A stretch of DNA of 64,000 nt from an uncultured Eubacteriales bacterium. Its GTDB lineage: Bacteria > Actinomycetota > Coriobacteriia > Anaerosomatales > PHET01. Shown piece by piece: positions 1 to 8,222 of this stretch. Position numbers and translations under genes: made by a program. The stretch is taken from contig CAZBLH010000002.1 of NCBI GenBank assembly GCA_964492775.1, positions 62,615 to 126,614 of the forward strand, read 5' to 3'. Every line of letters begins with the position of its first letter. Position 1 is the stretch's first letter. Under the pieces are notes generated by a model. The model did not search any database, was not told the origin of the DNA, and saw only the letters and a program-made list of their open reading frames with translations.

Positions 1-1478
1 TGCCGATTTCGGTCACACTCGCTCTTTCCGAGCAGCGCGTGGCATGGCGGACGGCGTACTGGATCGGTGCGGTGCTCACAGCGATCGTGACGATCACCGC
101 CTTCACGCGCAGCGCGTGGGTGGGCGGTACCGTTGCTGTGGTAGTCCTGCTTGTGATGGCGTACCGGCAGAAGGTCAGACTCCGCCGAGAAGACCTGGTG
201 ATGGCAGGCCTTGCCGTCGCAGTCGCAGCGGGCATCGTCGTGCGCAGCCTCTCGGCTCCCTCCGAGGTCATGAACTTCTTCGCCCGCATCAAGTCCATCT
301 TCGAGTTCGGCGAAGGTAGCGCGCTTACTCGCTTCCAGATCTGGGACGCGGCGCTGCAGGCGATCAAGGAGCGCCCGATTCTCGGATTCGGCGCCGATAC
401 CTTCCGGCTCGTGTTCCCTCGCTTCAAGCCCGCCGCTTATGTTGCTGCCGCCGGATACTTGTCCGTTGCCGACAATGTGCACAACTACCCCCTGCAGCTC
501 GCGAGCGCCTTGGGCATTCCCGGAGTGCTCCTGCTGTACGCCCTGTTCGTGTGGGTACTCGTGATCTCCTTCGGGCGCGCGTTCGCGACGAAGGGGCCCG
601 AGAGCGGCAACATCGTCTACTCGGGCCTGTGGGCGGCGGTGGTCGGCTACATCGTGCACCTGTTCTTCGGCTTGTCCGTCACCGGCACGACCGTGCTGCT
701 GTGGCTCGTGTTCGGGCTCCTGCTCGCCCCAGGCGCGCGGACCGTCGAGTTCAGGGGGGTCGAGTCAGCAGCCCGTGGACTGGTAGCGGGGCTCGCCGTC
801 GCGCTTGCGAGCGTGCTGTTCATCGGCAACGCGGTCTACCTCTACGCAGACCACTACTACCTTCTGGCGCGGCTCGGCTCGGCCGATCCTGCTGTGCGCG
901 TCGAGAACGCCCAACGGGCTGTCGCGCTCAATCCCTTCAACGACATCTACCGTGCCGAGGTGGGGCTCGCCTTCATCGACCAGGGTTACGCGCACCTCAG
1001 CGCCGTGACGAGCGACCCGAACGCAGCGACAGCGGCGTACGACTCGTTCCTGCAGGCAGAGCGGTCCCTGATCGAGACGATCGAGTTCGTTCCGCCCGAG
1101 TACGACAACTACGTCTTTCTTGCCAACCTCTACAACACGATGGGGGAGTACTTCGACTCGGCGTACTTCGAGGACGCGAAGCGGACGGCTCAGCAAGGCA
1201 TCGAGGTGGAGAAGTACGGCCCGGCAATCCGCACCGAGTACGCGCGGGCGCTGGCTGCCACCGGTGATCTCGAGGAAGCCGTCAGCCAGCTCGAGTACGC
1301 GGTCGGACTCGACCCGGCGTACGGCCAGGGGGCGCTGATCCTCTCTCAGCTGTACGAGACATCGGGCGACTTGGAGATGGCGCTCGAGGTGCTGCAGGCT
1401 GCCGAGTCCCGCAAGCCGGGCCAGGCGGGAGTCGCCGAGCAGATCGCAGCGCTGGAAGCGAGCCTGACCGCCCCGTAA
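1..1478 (+). CDS. O-antigen-ligase (Wzy_C)-like polytopic membrane protein with a C-terminal TPR domain; the 5' end is probably outside the window
   Basis: The frame stays open from nt 3, upstream of the listed start at 39. The N-half is hydrophobic helices with O-antigen-ligase-like motifs (RSAWVGG, GFGADTFRLVF, HNYPLQ). The C-half has repeated TPR-like helix pairs (ALNPFNDIYRAEVGLAF; AVGLDPAYGQGALILSQLY). Confidence 0.6.
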   Translation, partial: PISVTLALSEQRVAWRTAYWIGAVLTAIVTITAFTRSAWVGGTVAVVVLLVMAYRQKVRLRREDLVMAGLAVAVAAGIVVRSLSAPSEVMNFFARIKSIFEFGEGSALTRFQIWDAALQAIKERPILGFGADTFRLVFPRFKPAAYVAAAGYLSVADNVHNYPLQLASALGIPGVLLLYALFVWVLVISFGRAFATKGPESGNIVYSGLWAAVVGYIVHLFFGLSVTGTTVLLWLVFGLLLAPGARTVEFRGVESAARGLVAGLAVALASVLFIGNAVYLYADHYYLLARLGSADPAVRVENAQRAVALNPFNDIYRAEVGLAFIDQGYAHLSAVTSDPNAATAAYDSFLQAERSLIETIEFVPPEYDNYVFLANLYNTMGEYFDSAYFEDAKRTAQQGIEVEKYGPAIRTEYARALAATGDLEEAVSQLEYAVGLDPAYGQGALILSQLYETSGDLEMALEVLQAAESRKPGQAGVAEQIAALEASLTAP

Positions 1479-1592
1479 CCGGCGCGAACGCTGGTCAGCC
1501 GCGCGGCGCGTTGCGGCGCTGACTGTGGGCATGCCTGTTGCAGAAGGTCGTTGAGACACGATGGAACGCCAACGCTCACGGAGCGAGCAGCT

Positions 1593-2813
1593 ATGAATGA
1601 CGACATCAAGCGCATCATGTATAGCCTCGAGGAGACCGACGAGCCCGACGGTGATGTGCCCGAGGCACCGTCTCCTGACGCTGCGCCTCCGAGTGACGAC
1701 TCGGAACTGCTCATTGACGACGTGGAGGCGCGCAACAAGCGCACGCGTCGCATCCTGATCGCGGCCGCTATCGTCCTCACCATAGTGTTGGGCGTGCTCG
1801 TGTGGTTGCTCCTTACCGGCGGCCTCGGCGACCGGATCGCGCCGCTCAATCGCACCCCCGTCTCGGGAATCTCTGCCGAACTCGTGATCGATGGGCCGGG
1901 CACGGGCGACCTGCCCAAGTTCGATTCACCCATGGGCGCGGCGTTCAGCAGGAATGGTGAGTTGATCTACGTCGCAGACTCCGGCAATGACCGGGTCTGC
2001 ATCTTTGAGCGAGACGGGACTTATGTCTCCGAGTTCGGAGGCAAAGGCGTCGCCAAGCCGATCGAAGGCACTAAGCCGACCTGGGATGAAGGCGAGCTCA
2101 ACTACCCCGTCGACATCGCAGTGGACCGTCAGGGCTTGGTGTACGTCGCCGACTTCTACAACGACTCCATCTCGGTCTTCTCGGCGGAGGGCGAGTTTGT
2201 GCGGCGCTTCCCGGACCCGCATAAGGTGGTCGGCAAGGGTGGATCCGGGAGCGGAGGCACCGGGATCGCGGTGACTTCGGTCCATGTGGCGGGCAACCGT
2301 CTGTACGCCACCGACTCCTACCAGGTGTTCGTATTCAGCCTCGAAGGCGAACTGATTCAGCAGTTCGGCCGTCCGGGGATCGAGCCGGGGCAGTTCGATC
2401 GGCCTGGCGGAGTCGCGGTGGACGACGGTGGTCGCATCGCCGTGTCGGACTCGAACAACAACAGGGTCACGATGTTCACGCCAATGCTCGAAGTACTCTG
2501 GAGCACCGGTGGTCGGAGGCCGCTGGAGTACGGAGCAACCCCAACTCAGACTCCCGACGCCGCGTCTGAGGGATTCGTGTTGCCGAGAGGCATCACCGTG
2601 ATCGATGGGGGAGACCTGCTCATCGCCGATCCGCTTGCGCAGGAGCTTGTGCGCGTGTCTGGGATCGGAAGAATCGTGACCCGGTACGGAAGCAGGGGCG
2701 TGCAACCCTCGGAGCTCAACTTCCCGAGCGATGTGGACTGGATGGACGAGCGTGTCCTCATCACAGACCGGGAGAACGATCGCGTGCAGGTTGCCCGTCT
2801 TGTGGACGAGTAG
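1593..2813 (+). CDS. Membrane-anchored NHL-repeat beta-propeller protein
   Basis: This lies in ORF 1551..2813, and I prefer the ATG at 1593 (MNDDIKR). It has an acidic/Pro-rich N-tail, one TM helix (ILIAAAIVLTIVLGVLVWLLLTGG), then about 6 NHL signatures (FDSPMGAAFSRNGELIYVADSGNDRVCIF; LNYPVDIAVDRQGLVYVADFYNDSISVF; FDRPGGVAVDDGGRIAVSDSNNNRVTMF; LNFPSDVDWMDERVLITDRENDRVQV). Confidence 0.8.
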   Translation: MNDDIKRIMYSLEETDEPDGDVPEAPSPDAAPPSDDSELLIDDVEARNKRTRRILIAAAIVLTIVLGVLVWLLLTGGLGDRIAPLNRTPVSGISAELVIDGPGTGDLPKFDSPMGAAFSRNGELIYVADSGNDRVCIFERDGTYVSEFGGKGVAKPIEGTKPTWDEGELNYPVDIAVDRQGLVYVADFYNDSISVFSAEGEFVRRFPDPHKVVGKGGSGSGGTGIAVTSVHVAGNRLYATDSYQVFVFSLEGELIQQFGRPGIEPGQFDRPGGVAVDDGGRIAVSDSNNNRVTMFTPMLEVLWSTGGRRPLEYGATPTQTPDAASEGFVLPRGITVIDGGDLLIADPLAQELVRVSGIGRIVTRYGSRGVQPSELNFPSDVDWMDERVLITDRENDRVQVARLVDE

Positions 2814-2824
2814 TGGCGTGAACC

Positions 2825-2854
2825 TTGCTCTAGCTTAATCGTGATTGGTAGACT
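2825..2854 (+). promoter_or_regulatory. Candidate sigma70-type promoter for the heptahaem cytochrome gene
   Basis: TTGCTC (2825-2830), an 18-nt spacer, then TAGACT (2849-2854). It is followed by GAAGAGG and the ATG at 2889. The track's GTG start at 2841 would fall inside this element. Confidence 0.35.
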
Positions 2855-2888
2855 GGCAGCGTACCTTCCTGAAGAGGTGTCTTCTCTG

Positions 2889-3953
2889 ATGCGCAGGATC
2901 CTGATAATCGCACTTGCTACCGTGGCTTTCACAACTGTGGCGGCTACGGCTCTCGCGTATCCAAGTCCCGCTGAACCCTTGCAGGCCTGTGTCGAATGCC
3001 ACGGGAGTGCTGACGTTTCCGCGGCCACCGAACCGAGTGGGCCACACGGCGGCTACACAGTCGGTACCGATAAGTGCAGCACCTGTCACTCGGTCCACCA
3101 AGCCAAGTCTCCTCGCGCGCTTCTGCGCGGGGCGACGATTGCGGCCACCTGCAACACCTGCCATGACGGCACCGGTGGCCGCGGTGTCTACGGAGCAATC
3201 GCGCATCGGATGTCCGATGAGGAACAGGGTCCGCTGGGTGGACACACCCTCGGTGGTGCTGTCGACGGCAAGGTCACCGTCCCGGGCGGCAATCCTGATG
3301 GCACTCCGGCTCAGGTCGCTTTCACTGGCGAGGACGGCGGGTTGACATGCACCGACTGTCATAGCGCCCACGGCGGCGATACCGTTGACAAGTTCAAGGG
3401 TGACCGTTCTCGCGAGACCTCCGGCACTGTGATCGAGTCGAGCCGTCTGCTCCGCGCACGCCCGACTTCGGCGGATAATGCCGTGACAACATACGGCACT
3501 GACTGGTGTGTTGCCTGCCACAAGGGCGCTGATAAGGCTGGCATGAATCACCCTGTAGCGAGTTCGACATCGACCGTTCCCGCTGACTACTCGCAGGTTC
3601 GCGGTCTGCAGAGCTACGACGCGACGGCATTCGTAGAGGCCAATGAGCTGATTGGCCTTGGCCGGTCGAACCTTGGCTACGTCATGCCGACCGGCCTGAA
3701 CGATGGCACTGCTCCGATCTGCCAGCAGTGCCATGAGGACTCTCGGAGCATCGCGAACGACCCTGCGTATCCGCAGTCGGTCCGACGCGCGACTGAGGAG
3801 TTCAGCGCACCGTACTCCGGCGAGATTGACGGCAACCCGAAGTTCCAGAACTTCCCGCACGAGACCGTCAATTCGAAGCTGCTCATCGAGCCGAAGGACT
3901 CACTCTGCACAAACTGCCACGATGTGGTGCCCGGGCCTGGCAGCAGCGAGTGA
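2889..3953 (+). CDS. Secreted multihaem c-type cytochrome (7 CxxCH motifs)
   Basis: This lies in ORF 2841..3953, and the ATG at 2889 gives a Sec signal peptide (MRRILIIALATVAFTTVAATALA|YP). There are seven CxxCH motifs: CVECH, CSTCH, CNTCH, CTDCH, CVACH, CQQCH, CTNCH. The pattern CSTCHSVH..LLR..CNTCHDGTGG resembles doubled-CXXCH multihaem domains. I see no TM helix and no LPXTG signal. Confidence 0.85.
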   Translation: MRRILIIALATVAFTTVAATALAYPSPAEPLQACVECHGSADVSAATEPSGPHGGYTVGTDKCSTCHSVHQAKSPRALLRGATIAATCNTCHDGTGGRGVYGAIAHRMSDEEQGPLGGHTLGGAVDGKVTVPGGNPDGTPAQVAFTGEDGGLTCTDCHSAHGGDTVDKFKGDRSRETSGTVIESSRLLRARPTSADNAVTTYGTDWCVACHKGADKAGMNHPVASSTSTVPADYSQVRGLQSYDATAFVEANELIGLGRSNLGYVMPTGLNDGTAPICQQCHEDSRSIANDPAYPQSVRRATEEFSAPYSGEIDGNPKFQNFPHETVNSKLLIEPKDSLCTNCHDVVPGPGSSE

Positions 3954-3986
3954 CAGCATTGGCGAAAGCTGACCCGTTAACGGGGC

Positions 3987-4015
3987 TTAAAGAGTCAGGA
4001 TAGTTGTGCTAGTGT
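3987..4015 (+). promoter_or_regulatory. Candidate promoter for the ~12-haem cytochrome gene
   Basis: TTAAAG (3987-3992), a 17-nt spacer, then TAGTGT (4010-4015). TAnnnT hexamers of the same kind (TAGTGT/TAGACT) also occur upstream of nuoA (23925-23930) and prfA (56252-56257, 56264-56269). Confidence 0.3.
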
Positions 4016-4044
4016 GGCAGCGCGTTGAGTTCAACGCGCTGCCA
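4015..4044 (+). promoter_or_regulatory. Perfect 12-bp inverted repeat (operator or 5'-UTR stem-loop)
   Basis: TGGCAGCGCGTT-gagttc-AACGCGCTGCCA. It lies between the putative -10 element and the AAGGAGG RBS of the gene starting at 4065. Only TTT follows it. Confidence 0.35.
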
Positions 4045-4064
4045 TTTCACTGCAAGGAGGAACG

Positions 4065-5468
4065 ATGAGCGAGTTCGATCGCACAGAGGGCCCAGACGAC
4101 CAGGGTCCCGTTGGTGCGTCCGGGGACGAGCCGCGCGAGAAGGTCGAGGGCTACGAGCGGGTCGAGGATGTGCCGCTCGGCAAAGCGACTACGGCTTCCC
4201 CTGGTGACTCTTCCGGCTCTGACAAGCCCGTAAAGAAGTCCAACGAGCGTAAGCGGCTCAGCGGGCTGGTGGGAGGCTTCAAGAACCCGGCGACGCGTCC
4301 CCGCTTCATTATCTGGACGGGCGTTGCGGTATTCGCACTCGCTGCAGTCATGATCGTGGCGCTTGGCGTCACGTCGACGCGGTGGTTCTGTGCTGAGGGC
4401 TGTCACAAAGTCCAGGATGACTCGATCATCGCTTACGAGCATTCCCCCCACAAGAACATCAGTTGCATGGCGTGCCACATGCCGGCCGGAGCGGATCCCA
4501 TCACGTTCATCCTCCACAAGGCCGAGGCGCTCGGTGAGCTCTACCTCACCGTGACTGACAACTTCGAGCTGCCGCTCAACGGGCATAGCCATGTGTCGCT
4601 CACCATGGCGTCGGCCCAGTGCACGCAGTGCCACGCTCTCGACACTCGCAAAGTGACGCCCTCCGCCGGCATCCTGATCGACCACGAGGTCCACGCATCC
4701 AAGGGTGTCGAGTGCACGTACTGCCACAACCGCGTGGCGCATGTCGAGGACTTCGAGCTGACGCTCAACGACCCCTCCACCGGTGAGCGCAACAAGCCGC
4801 ACGCGAACTTCTCGTCGATGACCGCTTGCTTCCGTTGCCACGTTCAGGGCGACGTGAAGGCCGCCGTTGCGTCGCTGACTGCTCCGGGTGAATGCAGCGC
4901 CTGTCACACCCCCGGATTCGAGCTCAAGCCTGCAAGCCACAAGGAAGCGGACTTCTTCCCGGCCAAGCATGGCGAACTTGCCAATGCTGAGGCGGAGCGG
5001 GTAGCCGAGGCCCTCGCTGAGGTTGGCGGCGCGGGTGAGGGTGAGGAGCACTCGAGCCTGAAGCTCCCGTCGATCGGCACAGACAAGGCGTACGCGTCCT
5101 CCGGTGGCGAAACGCTCGGTACCCAGCTGCCCGCCGTCGAGACGATCAACGAGTGCTATACCTGCCACGCCGAGAAGTTCTGTACCGACTGCCACAAGGC
5201 GCCGGTGCCGCACCCTGCAGACTTCATTCAGGCCCACGGCGAGTGGGGGCAGAAGGATCCGAAGTCCTGCGAGATGTGCCACGGTCCGGTCGACCGTTTC
5301 TGTGACGACTGCCACCACGGCAGCGCCATCAACTGGACGGTGGACACCAGCAGGTCGTGGATCCAGCAGCACGACGACGCTGTTGGCAAGACTGGCGCCA
5401 AGGCGTGCTTCGAGTGCCACGATCCGACCTACTGCGCACGGTGTCACGTAAGAGGCGGCAAGCTCTAG
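4065..5468 (+). CDS. Membrane-anchored multihaem cytochrome c; an N-terminal NapC/NirT/NrfH-like quinol dehydrogenase module fused to further haem domains (11 CxxCH + 1 CxxxCH)
   Basis: An AAGGAGG RBS sits 5 nt upstream of the ATG. The protein has an ~80-aa charged N-tail, one TM helix (FIIWTGVAVFALAAVMIVALGV), then WFCAEGCHKV...HSPHKNISCMACHMP, which is typical of NapC/NirT. Further motifs are CTQCH, CTYCH, CFRCH, CSACH, CYTCH, CTDCH, CEMCH, CDDCH, CFECH, CARCH. Confidence 0.85.
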   Translation: MSEFDRTEGPDDQGPVGASGDEPREKVEGYERVEDVPLGKATTASPGDSSGSDKPVKKSNERKRLSGLVGGFKNPATRPRFIIWTGVAVFALAAVMIVALGVTSTRWFCAEGCHKVQDDSIIAYEHSPHKNISCMACHMPAGADPITFILHKAEALGELYLTVTDNFELPLNGHSHVSLTMASAQCTQCHALDTRKVTPSAGILIDHEVHASKGVECTYCHNRVAHVEDFELTLNDPSTGERNKPHANFSSMTACFRCHVQGDVKAAVASLTAPGECSACHTPGFELKPASHKEADFFPAKHGELANAEAERVAEALAEVGGAGEGEEHSSLKLPSIGTDKAYASSGGETLGTQLPAVETINECYTCHAEKFCTDCHKAPVPHPADFIQAHGEWGQKDPKSCEMCHGPVDRFCDDCHHGSAINWTVDTSRSWIQQHDDAVGKTGAKACFECHDPTYCARCHVRGGKL

Positions 5469-5597
5469 CCGCTCCCGGGGCACTGCGATAGCCGATGCGA
5501 TACACTGTCCCCCTGTCCGGGTTCCGGGCAGGGGGACGGCTTTGGCCGCAGGGTAATCCGGATACGGTGTCTTTGACGAAAGGGACCTTGCGAAGCC

Positions 5598-7406
5598 ATG
5601 CCCAAAGTGGATGTCGTCCTTCTGCACGCGCCGGCTGTCTATGACTTCCGTGAGCGCTCGATCATGTTCGGGCCGGTCTCGGACATGGTGCCGTCGACGC
5701 CGATTTTCGAGATGTATCCCGTCGGGCTCACTACGATGGCGGAGTACATGGAGCGGCATGGCATCACCGTGCGTATCGTCAACCTGGCGGTGCTCATGCT
5801 CAACCGCCCGAACTTCGACGTAGAAGCGCATATCGCGAGCATGGATGCCGCTTTGTTCGGCATCGACCTGCACTGGCTGCCTCACGCCCATGGCTCGGTG
5901 GAGATCGCGCGCATCGTCAAGCGGCTGCATCCCGACACGCCCGTGGTCTTCGGCGGGCTTTCCTCGACCTACTTCCACGAAGAGCTCATCACCTATGACG
6001 CCGTCGATCTCGTGATGCGCGGAGACTCGACCGAGGAGCCGATGCGCCAACTGGTCGAGGCCGTGAAGCGCGGTGGCTCGCTCAGCGAGATACCCAACCT
6101 CACCTGGAAAGACTCGACCGGGGCGGTGACGGTGAACCCGCTCGAGTGGGTTCCGCGCGACATGAACGCCATCTCGCTTGACTACTCCTACAACATGAAG
6201 GCGGTCATCCGGTACCGCGACATGATGGGCTTCGTTCCCTTCAAGGACTGGCTCCAGTACCCGGTGTGCGCCTCACTGATCTGCAGAGGCTGCACGCACA
6301 ACTGCGTGACCTGTGGCGGCTCGGCGCACTCGTTCCGGGAGCACTTCGGAAGAGGCCGCGTCGCGTTTCGCGATCCCGATCTGCTGGTGAGAGACATCCG
6401 GCACATCCAGCGCTACATCCCCGGACCCATGTTCGTGCTCAATGACTTCCTGCAGGCCGGGCCGGAGTACACTCGCCAGTTCATCGAGGGTCTCAACGGC
6501 ATCAAGATGAAGAACCCGATCGGGTTCGAATTCTTCGGCCCGCCCAAAGAGGGTTTCTACGAGCTGCTGGACGCGAACCTCAACGACTGGTCGGTGGAGA
6601 TCAGCGTTGAAAGCCATGATGACGGGGTGCGCGCAGCCTTCGGTAAGAAGCACTATACGATCGATCAGATCGAGTACACCATCAAGGACGCGCTCGCCAA
6701 GGGTTGCTCGCGTTTCGACCTGTACTTCATGACCGGCATTCCGACCCAGACTGCGGCGAGCGTCCGGGAGACTGCCGACTACGTCCGGCACCTCTACGAA
6801 TCGGTCGGGTACGACAAGCGGCTGCTCTGCTTCATCAGCCCCATGGCGCCCTTCCTCGATCCGGGCTCGCAGGTCTTCGACCGCCCAGAGGATTTCGGCT
6901 ACACACTCAGGGCCAAGACTCTCGAAGAGCACAGGGAGCGCCTCCTCCTGCCCTCGTGGAAGCACATCATGAATTACGAGAGCGATGCAATGACCGCCGA
7001 CGAGATGGTCGACTCGACGTATGATGCGGCCCTGGCGATCAACCGCATCAAGGGTGAAGGCGGAGTGATCGATACCGCCACGATGGCGACCACGGAGACG
7101 CGCATCGCCGAAGCTCGCGACGCCATGCGCAGGATCGACGCGATCATGGACGGTCCGATCTCAACGCGCGAGCCTGCGCTGGTAGCGCTTAAAGAGGAGT
7201 TCGACCGCCTGTCCCAGTCAACGGTATGCGAGAAGACCGAGCTGAACTGGCCGCGGTACGTGGGCGTGCGCCACGTGGCTGCCGCCGCCGGCCTGTTCGT
7301 GCGCGAGAACACCGCCCTGCTGTTCGGTAAGAACAAGGACGGTGTGCGCCCTGCTGTATCCGACCAGCACACCCGAACTGAACCGGTCTACGAGCCGAAA
7401 GCCTGA
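5598..7406 (+). CDS. B12-binding-domain radical SAM protein, substrate unknown
   Basis: The N-terminal ~170 aa have a Rossmann-like B12-binding-domain layout (VVLLHAP...VRIVNL...GIDLHW...PVVFGG...VDLVMRGD). The radical SAM cluster motif is CTHNCVTC (CX3CX2C), embedded in VCASLICRGCTHNCVTCGG. There are only 8 Cys in total, so I see no SPASM or other auxiliary-cluster motif. Confidence 0.75.
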   Translation: MPKVDVVLLHAPAVYDFRERSIMFGPVSDMVPSTPIFEMYPVGLTTMAEYMERHGITVRIVNLAVLMLNRPNFDVEAHIASMDAALFGIDLHWLPHAHGSVEIARIVKRLHPDTPVVFGGLSSTYFHEELITYDAVDLVMRGDSTEEPMRQLVEAVKRGGSLSEIPNLTWKDSTGAVTVNPLEWVPRDMNAISLDYSYNMKAVIRYRDMMGFVPFKDWLQYPVCASLICRGCTHNCVTCGGSAHSFREHFGRGRVAFRDPDLLVRDIRHIQRYIPGPMFVLNDFLQAGPEYTRQFIEGLNGIKMKNPIGFEFFGPPKEGFYELLDANLNDWSVEISVESHDDGVRAAFGKKHYTIDQIEYTIKDALAKGCSRFDLYFMTGIPTQTAASVRETADYVRHLYESVGYDKRLLCFISPMAPFLDPGSQVFDRPEDFGYTLRAKTLEEHRERLLLPSWKHIMNYESDAMTADEMVDSTYDAALAINRIKGEGGVIDTATMATTETRIAEARDAMRRIDAIMDGPISTREPALVALKEEFDRLSQSTVCEKTELNWPRYVGVRHVAAAAGLFVRENTALLFGKNKDGVRPAVSDQHTRTEPVYEPKA

Positions 7407-7414
7407 TTGCCGAG

Positions 7415-8164
7415 ATGCCCGAACACAACCAGTCAAACACCACTCCAGTGACCGAGGCTGCGCCTGGTGAGGCCACTGCGGAGCGCGTGCGCGGCATCTT
7501 CTCCAATATCGCGTCGAGCTACGACACGTTCAACGCGCTCGCGTCGCTCGGCATCGACCGCAGCTGGCGCAGCGCGTTGGTCAAGGCAGGTCGGTTCGAT
7601 GCCACTTCCCGGGCGCTCGACATCGCAGCCGGCACTGGCGACGTCTCGCTGGCGATTGCCAAGAAGGCTGCACCTGCCGAGGTGGTCGTCTCGGACTTCG
7701 CGCCCGAGATGCTCGTGATCGCCGAGGAGAAGGCGCGGTCGTACCAGGGCCCTACGCGACTCAAGTTCATTGAGGCCGATGCTCAGGCGCTGCCGTTCGA
7801 GGACGACAGCTTCGACGTGGTGACCGTCGCTTTCGGCGTGCGGAACTTCCCCAAGCGGGAACTCAACTTCGCCGAGGTGCTGCGGGTGCTGAAGCCCGGT
7901 GGACGCTACGTGATCCTCGAGTTCTCGCGGCCGCCGTTCGCGCCGTGGCGGGCTGTCTATCACGTGTACCTACGCGGCGTGATTCCGGCGATCGGCGCTC
8001 TCCTCACCGGCGACAAGCCCAGCTTCGTGTATCTCAACGACTCGATCCGCCGTTTCCCGACGCAGCCGGAGCTCGCTGCAGAGCTCAAGGAAGCGGGTTT
8101 CTCGGCGGTCGAGTGGAAGAACCTCACCGGCGGTATCGTCGCACTGCATACGGCGGTTAAGTAG
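7415..8164 (+). CDS. menG: Demethylmenaquinone methyltransferase (UbiE/MenG family, class I SAM methyltransferase)
   Basis: IFSNIASSYDTFNALASLGIDRSWR is the UbiE/MenG signature region. The SAM motif is LDIAAGTGD, followed by DSFDVVTVAFGVRNF and LKPGGRYVILEFS. Confidence 0.85.
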   Translation: MPEHNQSNTTPVTEAAPGEATAERVRGIFSNIASSYDTFNALASLGIDRSWRSALVKAGRFDATSRALDIAAGTGDVSLAIAKKAAPAEVVVSDFAPEMLVIAEEKARSYQGPTRLKFIEADAQALPFEDDSFDVVTVAFGVRNFPKRELNFAEVLRVLKPGGRYVILEFSRPPFAPWRAVYHVYLRGVIPAIGALLTGDKPSFVYLNDSIRRFPTQPELAAELKEAGFSAVEWKNLTGGIVALHTAVK

Positions 8165-8222
8165 CCGCTCGCCTACGCGGGCTGGGGTAGAATCGCGTGT
8201 AACCGACGCTGAAGGGGCATCG

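Noticed and set aside
2841-2888. The track start (GTG at 2841) for the heptahaem cytochrome.
   Set aside because: It would place 16 residues ahead of an otherwise perfect signal peptide and would fall inside the predicted promoter spacer. The ATG at 2889 gives a canonical n-h-c signal with an AxA cleavage site.
4047-6050. A 667-aa ORF on the minus strand, antisense to the large cytochrome and rSAM genes. Similar long antisense ORFs occur at 38360..40063, 39978..41258, 47958..49259, 18121..19068 and 20412..21470.
   Set aside because: These are typical shadow ORFs of high-GC DNA. Their translations are Arg/Ala/Gly/Pro-rich with no motifs, and the opposite strand encodes proteins with clear family signatures.
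5598-7406. The B12-domain rSAM as an archaeal-type tetraether lipid synthase (Tes/GDGT-MAS) homolog, given other archaeal-like genes in the window.
   Set aside because: Only one Cys cluster region is visible and there are 8 Cys overall, whereas that enzyme class binds several Fe-S clusters. I have no positive evidence, so I left it as a possibility to exclude by phylogeny.
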